The notes beneath the pieces were generated by a model that worked only from the letters and a program-made list of their open reading frames with translations, was not told where the DNA came from and searched no databases. Below are positions 17,243 through 25,455 of a stretch of 32,000 nucleotides of DNA, in pieces. Origin of the DNA: Candidatus Saccharimonadota bacterium (GTDB lineage: Bacteria; Pseudomonadota; Alphaproteobacteria; CAJXXZ01; 1604HC); contig NZ_CP043316.1 of the NCBI RefSeq assembly GCF_008189405.1, forward strand, positions 330,001 through 362,000, read 5' to 3'. A program made the translations under genes and the position numbers. Numbering within the stretch: position 1 is the first letter of the stretch; each line of letters begins with the position of its first letter.

Positions 17243-18493
17243 TCATATAATTGAAGAAAAGATTCTATTAGTTTTATTAATATGATTAATTCCAATCACA
17301 AGCGCATCTACACGATCAGGGGATTTACTAAAACCGGGAAAGGATTTCATTTGTTTTTCTAGCTCTGTAAAAGTACCAATATGAAAAACTCTTCTATGAT
17401 CATATAGGCATGCTATCGGTTGTGCTCGCATAATCTTGTTATGTACAGATCTAATGCCTTGAAATCTCACCATTCTATTCTGCATTTTAATCAGCTGTTC
17501 TATCATGTCTCCACCCTGATTAATCTCTGCAATCACATTATTGGTTTTATATTTTTGGCATAATTCTGCACAAACTTTCGGCCACTCTGACATAGACCAT
17601 TTCCCACTTTTATCTTCTAGTACATAAAACTCATCGTTTTTCTTACCTACCACAATAATGCCAGTTTCATCACTATTTTCATTATTTGTAACAGCAGGAT
17701 CTATGGAAATTATAATATTGGATAATTGAGATATATCTGATGTGGACATTTCTTTCCTTAGAATATTATTATCTGACCACATTGTGATTTTATCTAATAA
17801 TTCACCACTAATTTCTTGCTTACCAAAATTTGTTCCCTCATATTCATTTTTAATATAACTAAGATATTCTTTAGATAAATTTAGCTTGTTTTCCATTGTA
17901 TTACCACTAGTATAATGCACATCACTCCTTTTAATGATTTTATGTAATAAAGGTATTGGCTTAGGTGTAGTAGTGACAATAATCTTTGGAATCCCTAATC
18001 GCATTGTCATCATTAATTGATCCCATGCTTCATCTAAATTATTAAATTTTGCCAATTCATCTACCCAAGCTAGATCAAATTGTGGCCCCCTCAAGCTTTC
18101 ATAAGAATCAGCACTATGTATTTGGGCAATAGCACCATTTTTCCACTTTAATATATTTTGTGAGGCAAAGAATTTTGGCTTTTCTTTATTCGAATACACA
18201 CTTAATATTCCGCTTTGACCATCAACCATGATTTTTCTCACTTCTTCTTTGGTTTTTCCTAATAAACAAATGTTTTTATATCCCATCTGAACAAATTGTT
18301 TGATTGATTCTGATCCTGTACGTGTTTTACCAAAACCTCTTCCAGCTAATAGTAACCAAATTCTCCAGTCCCATTGTGGAATTTTCTGATTATCACGTGC
18401 TTGCATTCTCCAATCATACTTTCTTTCTTCTTGGTTAATTAACTTTATCCCTAAACTGTATATCTCTTCTAATAATTTTATATTCGCATGCAT
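17243..18493 (-). CDS. phage/GTA-type terminase large subunit (RcGTA g2-like), orphan
   Basis: ORF 17243..18568. I prefer the internal start MHANIKLL (ATG at complement 18491..18493). It has the Walker A-like LLAGRGFGKTRTG preceded by the W-rich WDWRIW segment, Walker B LAWVDELAKF, and a C-terminal nuclease-like region (ISIDPA..., SPDRVDALV). These are typical of alphaproteobacterial GTA TerL. Confidence 0.82.
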   Translation of the reverse strand: MHANIKLLEEIYSLGIKLINQEERKYDWRMQARDNQKIPQWDWRIWLLLAGRGFGKTRTGSESIKQFVQMGYKNICLLGKTKEEVRKIMVDGQSGILSVYSNKEKPKFFASQNILKWKNGAIAQIHSADSYESLRGPQFDLAWVDELAKFNNLDEAWDQLMMTMRLGIPKIIVTTTPKPIPLLHKIIKRSDVHYTSGNTMENKLNLSKEYLSYIKNEYEGTNFGKQEISGELLDKITMWSDNNILRKEMSTSDISQLSNIIISIDPAVTNNENSDETGIIVVGKKNDEFYVLEDKSGKWSMSEWPKVCAELCQKYKTNNVIAEINQGGDMIEQLIKMQNRMVRFQGIRSVHNKIMRAQPIACLYDHRRVFHIGTFTELEKQMKSFPGFSKSPDRVDALVIGINHINKTNRIFSSII

Positions 18494-18605
18494 AACTCTA
18501 TTGTAGAAAATATGCTTACCATAATTCAAACCTTTTATAAAAAATTGAAACAATCCTAAAACACACAATACTTATATTTGCTTAAACTCATGTTAATATA
18601 TAGTT

Positions 18606-18944
18606 ATGAATAAGATGGTTTTATTAATGCTTTGTATAAAGAGTGTGTTTGCTAGACCAATGCAATCAATAGTTATTGATGAGCCTAACAAGACAACAAA
18701 TGCTATAGAAATTTTCAATTCTTTTAAAATCACTGAAAATCCAGAATATAATGAATATTTAGAATTACTTATTTTCTACCCATATTTTATGATGCAATAT
18801 AGTTTTGATATCAAGAACAGTATGATTTTTGATATAAATCTTACAAGTAATACTATAAATATGTGCATTAAAAATCCATTAGAATTAGCTGAAAAATTTG
18901 AAATTGCAACTCAATCTAGATCTCCTCCTTCACCAGAAAAATAA
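18606..18944 (+). CDS. small hypothetical protein, possibly exported
   Basis: 112-aa ORF divergent from the terminase, with a hydrophobic N-terminus (MNKMVLLMLCIKSVFA). It has no motifs and could be non-coding. Confidence 0.3.
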   Translation: MNKMVLLMLCIKSVFARPMQSIVIDEPNKTTNAIEIFNSFKITENPEYNEYLELLIFYPYFMMQYSFDIKNSMIFDINLTSNTINMCIKNPLELAEKFEIATQSRSPPSPEK

Positions 18945-19043
18945 AAAAATAAGAATAAAGAAAGAAATACTTCAAACCTTATAGTCAAGCATCATTTTCT
19001 AATGCTCATAGATTTGTATTTATTAAAATTATAGAATATATGT

Positions 19044-20111
19044 ATGTACATTACTCGATCTTTTGGATATTTAGATAAAAAAATAATGTTTTGTTTGTTA
19101 AGCTTCTTTATGATCAGTTCTTTTTGCATGGCAGCATATGCACCTGCATCAATATTCAGACATATATTTTTATGGGGAATAGGCATTTCTATAACAATTT
19201 ACATGCATTCTAAAGATAGTGGTTTATTATATAAAGTTTCACGTATATTATTTATAATCTCAATATTTCTCATACTCTTTACATATTTCAAAAGCTCTGC
19301 AATTAAAGGGTCAAAACGATGGATTTCAATCTTTGGATTATCATTACAACCATCAGAATTACTCAAAAGCTCATGCATCATACTAACTTCAAAGTATATT
19401 TTCCAATCTAAGCATTTAAAATTTTTCAGTACATATTTCTTGAGTATAGCACTCTTAATTAAACAGCCAGATTTCGGTTCAGCACTACTGCTACTATCAA
19501 TAATGATGATACAACTATTCATATCCGATATAAAAATGTCTACTGTTCTGATTTTCTTTATAACTGCCCTAGTATTTGCAATATTTGCAATATTATATTT
19601 ACCACATGTTAGAGCTAGAATTTTGAACTTTATATATGGAAATAAATCTATATTAGAGGGTGGATATCAAGGATTCATGTCAGTGCAAACAATCAAATCT
19701 GGTGGTTTATTTGGGCTTGGAATTGGAAAAGGAATTATGAAACGTTACTTACCAGATGCATATTCAGATTTTATATTTGCTGTGATTGGTGAGGAATTAG
19801 GAACTATAGGATGTATATATTTAATCTTTATCTTTCTACTATTAAGCTTCATATCATTCAAAAATAATGCAAAACTCCACGGATACTCTGAATACTATTT
19901 AAATATTAGCTGTACAAGCATTTTTATTATACAAACATGGATTAATATTGCTTCCGCATTATGGATCATACCTACAAAAGGAATAACCTTACCATTTATT
20001 AGTCATGGAGGAACTTCTTTATTAATATCATTTTGGACTTTATCTGGAATTTTCATTTCTTCTAGAAAAGCACAGTTTTCTAGAGAATTTTTATTGCATA
20101 AATATTATTGA
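19044..20111 (+). CDS. SEDS-family peptidoglycan glycosyltransferase (FtsW/RodA)
   Basis: 355 aa and polytopic. It carries the conserved SEDS block LPDAYSDFIFAVIGEELGTIGC and GITLPFISHGGTSLL near the C-terminus. I cannot tell FtsW from RodA by eye. Confidence 0.85.
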   Translation: MYITRSFGYLDKKIMFCLLSFFMISSFCMAAYAPASIFRHIFLWGIGISITIYMHSKDSGLLYKVSRILFIISIFLILFTYFKSSAIKGSKRWISIFGLSLQPSELLKSSCIILTSKYIFQSKHLKFFSTYFLSIALLIKQPDFGSALLLLSIMMIQLFISDIKMSTVLIFFITALVFAIFAILYLPHVRARILNFIYGNKSILEGGYQGFMSVQTIKSGGLFGLGIGKGIMKRYLPDAYSDFIFAVIGEELGTIGCIYLIFIFLLLSFISFKNNAKLHGYSEYYLNISCTSIFIIQTWINIASALWIIPTKGITLPFISHGGTSLLISFWTLSGIFISSRKAQFSREFLLHKYY

Positions 20112-20207
20112 TATTTTTATATGCACATCACTTGATTTATTGTTATATATATATTACTTTATTATAAGTTATGATAAAATCATTTACCATTTGATCAAAT
20201 ATTATTA

Positions 20208-20780
20208 CTAACCATTATATAAAGATTGACTAGACGCATATGCTTTTTGTAATGCGTCTATTCCAGAATATACACTATAAGCCAAACCTTTTATTTTAAT
20301 TAAATTATCTAAACTCACCTCATAATTTACTTCATTAAATGAGTTAGGTGTCTTATTATAGAAAGCATTAAAAGCAGTATATAGTGAGTTTAATAGATTA
20401 TATATATCCATAAGTTTTTTTCTATTTTCTGGAGTAGGCAAATATTTACCAGGCAAATCTTTTGCTGCACTATACCCACGTTGTGCTGTACTATATCCAT
20501 ATTGTGCTGCACTATGTGCTGCATTATATCCTTGAGAAGGCAAATTACGCCCTGCATTCAAAGCTCCTTGCGCCAAATGCTGAGTAGATTCTATACCACT
20601 TTGAAGCATACTACTTGCGCTTGCAGCTAATCTATCCACAACAGTTCTATCTGCATTCTGCTGCTTTCTTGCGTTAGTATTCTGTCCTTTTGCTAACTGA
20701 GCTCTTGATGGACCTGGATTAGACTCTACACTTGCACATGATCCTAAAATACATAATATTGCAATATAATTCTTTTTCAT
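20208..20780 (-). CDS. predicted lipoprotein, paralog A of a three-gene family
   Basis: 190 aa. The signal peptide with lipobox is MKKNYIAILCILGS-C15. The mature part is A/Q/S/G/N-rich with GY(N/S)xA repeats (QGYNAAHSAAQYGYSTAQRGYSAA). The C-terminal VSLDNLIKIKG motif is shared with paralog B. An SD-like GGGAGAAAAATCTA precedes the ATG. Confidence 0.7.
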   Translation of the reverse strand: MKKNYIAILCILGSCASVESNPGPSRAQLAKGQNTNARKQQNADRTVVDRLAASASSMLQSGIESTQHLAQGALNAGRNLPSQGYNAAHSAAQYGYSTAQRGYSAAKDLPGKYLPTPENRKKLMDIYNLLNSLYTAFNAFYNKTPNSFNEVNYEVSLDNLIKIKGLAYSVYSGIDALQKAYASSQSLYNG

Positions 20781-20842
20781 TAGATTTTTCTCCCTATATT
20801 TAAATTATACTTAAGCTATATTAATTTTTCATAGATTTTTAC
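20732..20842 (-). repeat. conserved 5' cassette of lipoprotein paralog A (first 49 nt of the CDS plus 62 nt upstream)
   Basis: It aligns without gaps to 21558..21668, with about 9 mismatches in 111 nt by hand count. The offset is 826 bp. Confidence 0.85.
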
Positions 20843-21045
20843 ATCAATCATATAGTAGATATGTATCATTGTACTTGTTTTTTATTTGATTTTTCACTTA
20901 ATATTATTATCTTCTAATTGTTTTTTCAGAATATTTATTTGTTATTGAGTTATGCAAATTGAACTATATATTGATGTATTTTATAAACTAGAGTATCTCT
21001 TGATACATCATAAAAATCATACTATTTTTAAATGATCATAGCTCA

Positions 21046-21606
21046 TTATGCATTTGTTGCATGATTATTCATTTTATACATAGTTATTAATTCAGTAGCT
21101 GCACCATGCACTTTTTGAGATGAATCTTTAATTTTTTGAACATTGTCTAAACTAACCCCATTATCATAAATATCGCGAGCAGCACTTGTACCAGGACGAA
21201 TAGATTCTACTATCTTACATATCTCTTCAGCTATTCTTAACATTTTGTCAAATCTTTCCTTTGCATTTCGATCATGCAAGTATATACGTGCTTTTGCAAC
21301 TTGCGATGCAGCTGATACATATGCTTGTTCACCTGCTTTGCGTAATGCCTCTTGCCCAGCATTTATTGTATTTTTAGTACTATCTGCAATTTCTTGTGCC
21401 CTTACACTTGCATTATGCATAGAAGAAGTCACAAATGGACCTGTATTATTGATTGCAGTATTTATACGTGGGCCTACATTACCTCTAGCAGTAAATACTT
21501 GTTTACGCGCAGTATTCCATAATGCTTGCGCTCTAGATGGATTAACACATTTCACATTTGCACATGATCCTAAAATACACAATACTGCGATATAATTCTT
21601 TTTCAT
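21046..21606 (-). CDS. predicted lipoprotein, paralog B
   Basis: 186 aa. The signal peptide MKKNYIAVLCILGS-C15 and the upstream region are nearly identical to those of paralog A. The mature part is diverged but keeps PSRAQ, INAGQ and VSLDNVQKIKD. Confidence 0.7.
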   Translation of the reverse strand: MKKNYIAVLCILGSCANVKCVNPSRAQALWNTARKQVFTARGNVGPRINTAINNTGPFVTSSMHNASVRAQEIADSTKNTINAGQEALRKAGEQAYVSAASQVAKARIYLHDRNAKERFDKMLRIAEEICKIVESIRPGTSAARDIYDNGVSLDNVQKIKDSSQKVHGAATELITMYKMNNHATNA

Positions 21607-21668
21607 TAGATTTTTCTCCCTATATTTAAATTATACTTAAATCGTATTAATTTTTCATGGATTTTTAT
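21558..21668 (-). repeat. conserved 5' cassette of lipoprotein paralog B
   Basis: This is the partner of 20732..20842. The 47-nt core AATTCTTTTTCATTAGATTTTTCTCCCTATATTTAAATTATACTTAA is identical in both copies. Confidence 0.85.
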
Positions 21669-21871
21669 ATTGACAATACATAAATATATTGCATTATGAT
21701 TGCAAAGTATACTATATTCTTATTATGCTTTATTTGAATTATTACTATTATTTTGTTTGCTTGTTTCGAATTATTAAAGATAATTGATTGAATATATAAA
21801 ATTAAAAACTATATTATGCAGTTGTTAAAAATATATTGATCATTATTAAATTGATTTTACTCAAAACACTA

Positions 21872-22645
21872 TTAGCGTGAGTATGCTTCATGACCAGCAT
21901 TGTACAATGTTTGTCCAGCTGCTTTTGCATCATTTAACTTACTATGTGCATTATGACCAGCTTCTTGAAGTCTATTGAAGTTTTGTGCATTCAAGTAACC
22001 TGTTCCTTGGTTTTTAATTGTATTAAACTCTTGTTTAATGGCACCCTTATGAGTGTTTGCATAGTTGTATCCATCTTGCAATGTTTTACCTGCATTAATA
22101 ATTTTATTTCTGTTATCTGGGTTAGATACGTATGAAACACCCCTTCTACCTAAATCATACCCTTTATGAGCAACACCACTTACTTTTCCAGCAAATTGAC
22201 TTAATCTACCTTGAGATGAAGAACCGTTGGAACCATAAACTGTGTTACCAGCATTGTACAATGTTTGTCCAGCATGCTTAGTTCTATTGAACTCTTCTTG
22301 TGCTTGTTTACCAGCATTTGATAATCTATTCATATTTTCTGCGTTAAAATAGTTCATACCTTCGCTTTTTGCTTTATGGTATTCATTAATTGCAGCATCT
22401 TTATTATCTTTTACATAGTGATATCCACTTTTAATTTGATTTCCTGCATTTTTGATATTTGCTACGTTTGATGGGTCTTTTATGTAATTAAAACCTCTTT
22501 GTCCAACTTCAATACCTTTTTTACCTAAGTTAATTCCTTTATTAACAGCACTTGATGCAGTCTTTTTTACTTTAGAAAATAGACCACACTCTATCTTTGT
22601 ACATGATGCTAACACACATAATATTGCAAAATAATTTTTGTTCAT
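21872..22645 (-). CDS. predicted lipoprotein, paralog C, with an internal two-fold duplication
   Basis: 257 aa. The signal peptide is MNKNYFAILCVLAS-C15, a textbook L-A-S-C lipobox. It shares NAG....GY(N/H)Y-type motifs with paralogs A and B. The two halves (G44-Y137 and G162-Y255) align. Confidence 0.7.
   Translation of the reverse strand: MNKNYFAILCVLASCTKIECGLFSKVKKTASSAVNKGINLGKKGIEVGQRGFNYIKDPSNVANIKNAGNQIKSGYHYVKDNKDAAINEYHKAKSEGMNYFNAENMNRLSNAGKQAQEEFNRTKHAGQTLYNAGNTVYGSNGSSSQGRLSQFAGKVSGVAHKGYDLGRRGVSYVSNPDNRNKIINAGKTLQDGYNYANTHKGAIKQEFNTIKNQGTGYLNAQNFNRLQEAGHNAHSKLNDAKAAGQTLYNAGHEAYSR
21881..22516 (-). repeat. intragenic duplication, two units of about 282 nt offset by 354 nt (118 codons)
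   Basis: The exact 26-nt CCAGCATTGTACAATGTTTGTCCAGC occurs at 21894 and 22248. At protein level, GIEVGQRGFNYIKDPSNVANIKNAG...AGQTLYNAGNTVY aligns with GYDLGRRGVSYVSNPDNRNKIINAG...AGQTLYNAGHEAY. Confidence 0.85.
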
Positions 22646-22796
22646 TTACTTCTCCTGTACTCAAACTGTACTTGTATTAAATTAAGTTTAAGTAAATTTT
22701 AAATTATAAACAAATGAATCTTGCTATATATAAAGAACTATCATGCTATTATACTTCAACACTACTATATAACACATACTTTAAATGTCATTTTAT

Positions 22797-23471
22797 CTAA
22801 ATATAATCTTGTAAATTAACTTCTTGTAACTCTCCTAATTTTAAATTTTCTAACTGAAATGGTCCATGTTGGATTTTCTTTAATCTTAAAACTGTCATTT
22901 CATGCTTATCACAAATTCGCCTTATTTCTCTATTTTTTCCCTCATGCAATTCTAATACAATCTTATAACATCGATCCAATACTTCTACACCTAAAAGACG
23001 AATAGGCAATAATTTATAACCATCTAATTCAGGATTTTCTAACTCTCTTATAAAAGACTCCATAACCCTATCAACCAAAACTTCATAAATCCTGTTATAT
23101 TTACTAGATGAAAATTTTGAAACTAATGATGGAACATTAGTCAAAACCATTAACCCTTCTGACATATAGTCTAACCGCCCAATAAACGTTAAATACTCTT
23201 CTATATTTATCAAATCGAAAATACTATTATATCCATTTTGGGATTTGTGGCTAGCAAGATACATAACGGGTTTATGAAATAGAAATAATCTCATATCTGA
23301 TTTTATAAGTTTTTTATTATCTATATAGATATCAGCATTATCATCCACCCTTATAGCACATGTTTCAACTTTTTCCCCATCAATGTAAACGCGACCATCT
23401 AAAATTAACTGTTCTGCTTTTCTTCTACTACAAAACCCTGATGATGAAATAACATGTGCAATCTTTTTCAA
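22797..23471 (-). CDS. RNA pseudouridine synthase, RsuA/RluB family
   Basis: 224 aa. It has an N-terminal S4 domain (ISSSGFCSRRKAEQLILDGRVYIDGEKV) and the catalytic motif GRLDYMSEGLMVLTN with the conserved Asp. Confidence 0.85.
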   Translation of the reverse strand: MKKIAHVISSSGFCSRRKAEQLILDGRVYIDGEKVETCAIRVDDNADIYIDNKKLIKSDMRLFLFHKPVMYLASHKSQNGYNSIFDLINIEEYLTFIGRLDYMSEGLMVLTNVPSLVSKFSSSKYNRIYEVLVDRVMESFIRELENPELDGYKLLPIRLLGVEVLDRCYKIVLELHEGKNREIRRICDKHEMTVLRLKKIQHGPFQLENLKLGELQEVNLQDYI

Positions 23472-23554
23472 TTATAGCCTTTCATAATGTTTCAATTACT
23501 TTATTCTATTCAACTACTTAGCTTATTGCAATTCTTATAATCTTACTGCAACCT

Positions 23555-24088
23555 CTACAGTCCTACTGCAATTCCAAGGTATTCATTAATTAATTTTATT
23601 CCATCAACACCAAACCATTGAAACTTAAAATCTTGAGTTTTATATTGAACTTTATTGTTTTTCATCAGCACAACTGTAGGTTTTTGACGTATTCTAAACT
23701 TTTTAGCAAATTTATTATTTTTATCTAAATAAACTTCAAATCCAAAATTAAATTTATACCTTTTTTGCATTAAGTTTAGCAAATATAAAATTTGACTTTC
23801 GTCTGAATCTGAATCAACATTTAAAACCATAGCAATTTTTACATCTTTCCCAAATAATGCATGAGCCTGTGAAAGCATATACATAGCAACTATATTTTGC
23901 TCTGATGGCAAGCTATTTTTTTTAATCTCAGAAAATATAATCATAATTGGCTTTGTTATTTTAGTAGATAAAGAGCCACTCTCATTCTTCAGCACATATT
24001 CTTTATTTACTTGGAAGCATAAAAATCCAATTGATAACAAAATAAATACAGCAATTAAGTTGCGGGTTTTTTTAATTTTACAAAACAT
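23555..24088 (-). CDS. hypothetical membrane-anchored protein
   Basis: 177 aa with one N-terminal TM/signal anchor (LIAVFILLSIGFLCF). The remainder loosely resembles a thioredoxin-like fold (KPTVVLMKNNKV) but has no CxxC motif. The functional call is speculative. Confidence 0.45.
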   Translation of the reverse strand: MFCKIKKTRNLIAVFILLSIGFLCFQVNKEYVLKNESGSLSTKITKPIMIIFSEIKKNSLPSEQNIVAMYMLSQAHALFGKDVKIAMVLNVDSDSDESQILYLLNLMQKRYKFNFGFEVYLDKNNKFAKKFRIRQKPTVVLMKNNKVQYKTQDFKFQWFGVDGIKLINEYLGIAVGL

Positions 24089-24119
24089 ACGATTATCTTA
24101 TACTAAAAAACTTAAAATT

Positions 24120-25445
24120 ATGGTAGGATTTTGTGTGGATTTTTATCAAGTAAGAGGCGGATATAATTTTTCTGGACAAATAAAATGTGGTGGTGCTAAA
24201 AATTTGTCTACTAAAGCTATAATCGCAACCTTGCTTTCTGATGAAATTTCTATTTTAGATAATATTCCTAATATTGGAGATGTTGAAGTAACTAAAGTTC
24301 TTCTTAAAAAAATAGGTGTTTATTTTGAATTTGAAAATGGAAAGATGACAATCAGCCCAAATCAAATTAACAATTTTACAATTAAACCTGAACACAATAT
24401 TTTATATGGAAGGCTTCCTATATTGCTTCTTGCTGTATTAATACATAAAAACGATAGTGTTTCAGTTCCTAAATTAGATGGATGTAAGTTTGGACCAAGA
24501 TCAACTGATTTTCATTTTGACATATTGCGCAAATTCGGAATAAGTATTCAAGAAAATGAAGATAATTACATAGCAAAAAAAACAAAAAAAATCACAGGTC
24601 AAAACATTTCATTACCATTTCCTTCTGTTGGTGCTACTGAATTTGCTTTGTTTATTTCTGTTTTAGCAGAAGGAATATCTGTACTTGAAAACATTGCTGC
24701 AGAACCTGAAATTATGTGTTTAATTGCTATGTTACAGCAGATGGGGGCTAAAATACATTGGATCAGTCATAATAAGATTGTAGTTGAAGGTGTGAAAAAA
24801 TTACATGGAGTAAACTACAGAATTATTAATGACAGGATCGAAATGGCTTCTTGGGCTGTACTAGCAGCATGTAGTGATGGTGTGATTGATATAGAAACAG
24901 TTGATCACATTGAATGGCTTTCAACATTTTTAGGAGTTTTCCAAAGAATGGGCGGTGGATTCAAAAGAATAGATAATGGAATAAGATTTTTTAAAAAAGG
25001 GGAATTAAAGAGCATTTCAATTGAAACTGGACCTTATCCAGCATTTTCAACAGATTATCAACCAATGATCACATTAATGATGTCTCAAGCGAATGGAATA
25101 AGTTCAATTCATGAAACTCTATTCGAAGATCGATTATCACACTTACAAAATTTGAAAAAGTTTGGTGTAAAAAGTGAAATCATTACAAAATGCATTGGGT
25201 CTTCATGTCAATTTTCTAATCAAAACTATTATCACAGCGCTTTTATATGCGGCAATACTAAATTGGAATCTCCTAATCAAATCATTAAATCTGAGAACTT
25301 AAGATCTGGAATTACATATTTAATCGCAGGGTGCATATCAAAAGGAATATCTAAAATAGGAAATACGAATTTAATAACTAGGGGATATGAAAATATTCTT
25401 GAAAAATTCAAGTTATTAAATGTTGATATAAATCTTATAAAATAG
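24120..25445 (+). CDS. murA: UDP-N-acetylglucosamine 1-carboxyvinyltransferase
   Basis: ORF 24060..25445. I prefer the ATG at 24120 (MVGFCVDFYQVRGGYNFSGQIKCGGAKNLSTKAI...), which matches the MurA N-terminus (V.G...L.G.v.isGAKNaal). The active-site Cys context LDGCKFGPRSTDFH corresponds to E. coli GGCAIGARPVDLH. The sequence is divergent but full length. Confidence 0.88.
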   Translation: MVGFCVDFYQVRGGYNFSGQIKCGGAKNLSTKAIIATLLSDEISILDNIPNIGDVEVTKVLLKKIGVYFEFENGKMTISPNQINNFTIKPEHNILYGRLPILLLAVLIHKNDSVSVPKLDGCKFGPRSTDFHFDILRKFGISIQENEDNYIAKKTKKITGQNISLPFPSVGATEFALFISVLAEGISVLENIAAEPEIMCLIAMLQQMGAKIHWISHNKIVVEGVKKLHGVNYRIINDRIEMASWAVLAACSDGVIDIETVDHIEWLSTFLGVFQRMGGGFKRIDNGIRFFKKGELKSISIETGPYPAFSTDYQPMITLMMSQANGISSIHETLFEDRLSHLQNLKKFGVKSEIITKCIGSSCQFSNQNYYHSAFICGNTKLESPNQIIKSENLRSGITYLIAGCISKGISKIGNTNLITRGYENILEKFKLLNVDINLIK

Positions 25446-25455
25446 AGAGGTTAAC

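Noticed and set aside
16976-18568. Prophage or mobile element around the terminase
   Set aside because: Only a single phage-type gene is present. There are no flanking repeats, integrase or structural genes. ssb has the housekeeping architecture with a DIPF tail.
18992-19522. Minus-strand ORFs 18992..19186 and 19199..19522
   Set aside because: They overlap the SEDS (FtsW/RodA) CDS in antisense and have no motifs.
21245-21595. 116-aa + strand ORF, and ORF 21944..22135
   Set aside because: They are antisense to lipoprotein paralogs B and C. The minus-strand frames have signal peptides, SD sequences and paralog conservation.
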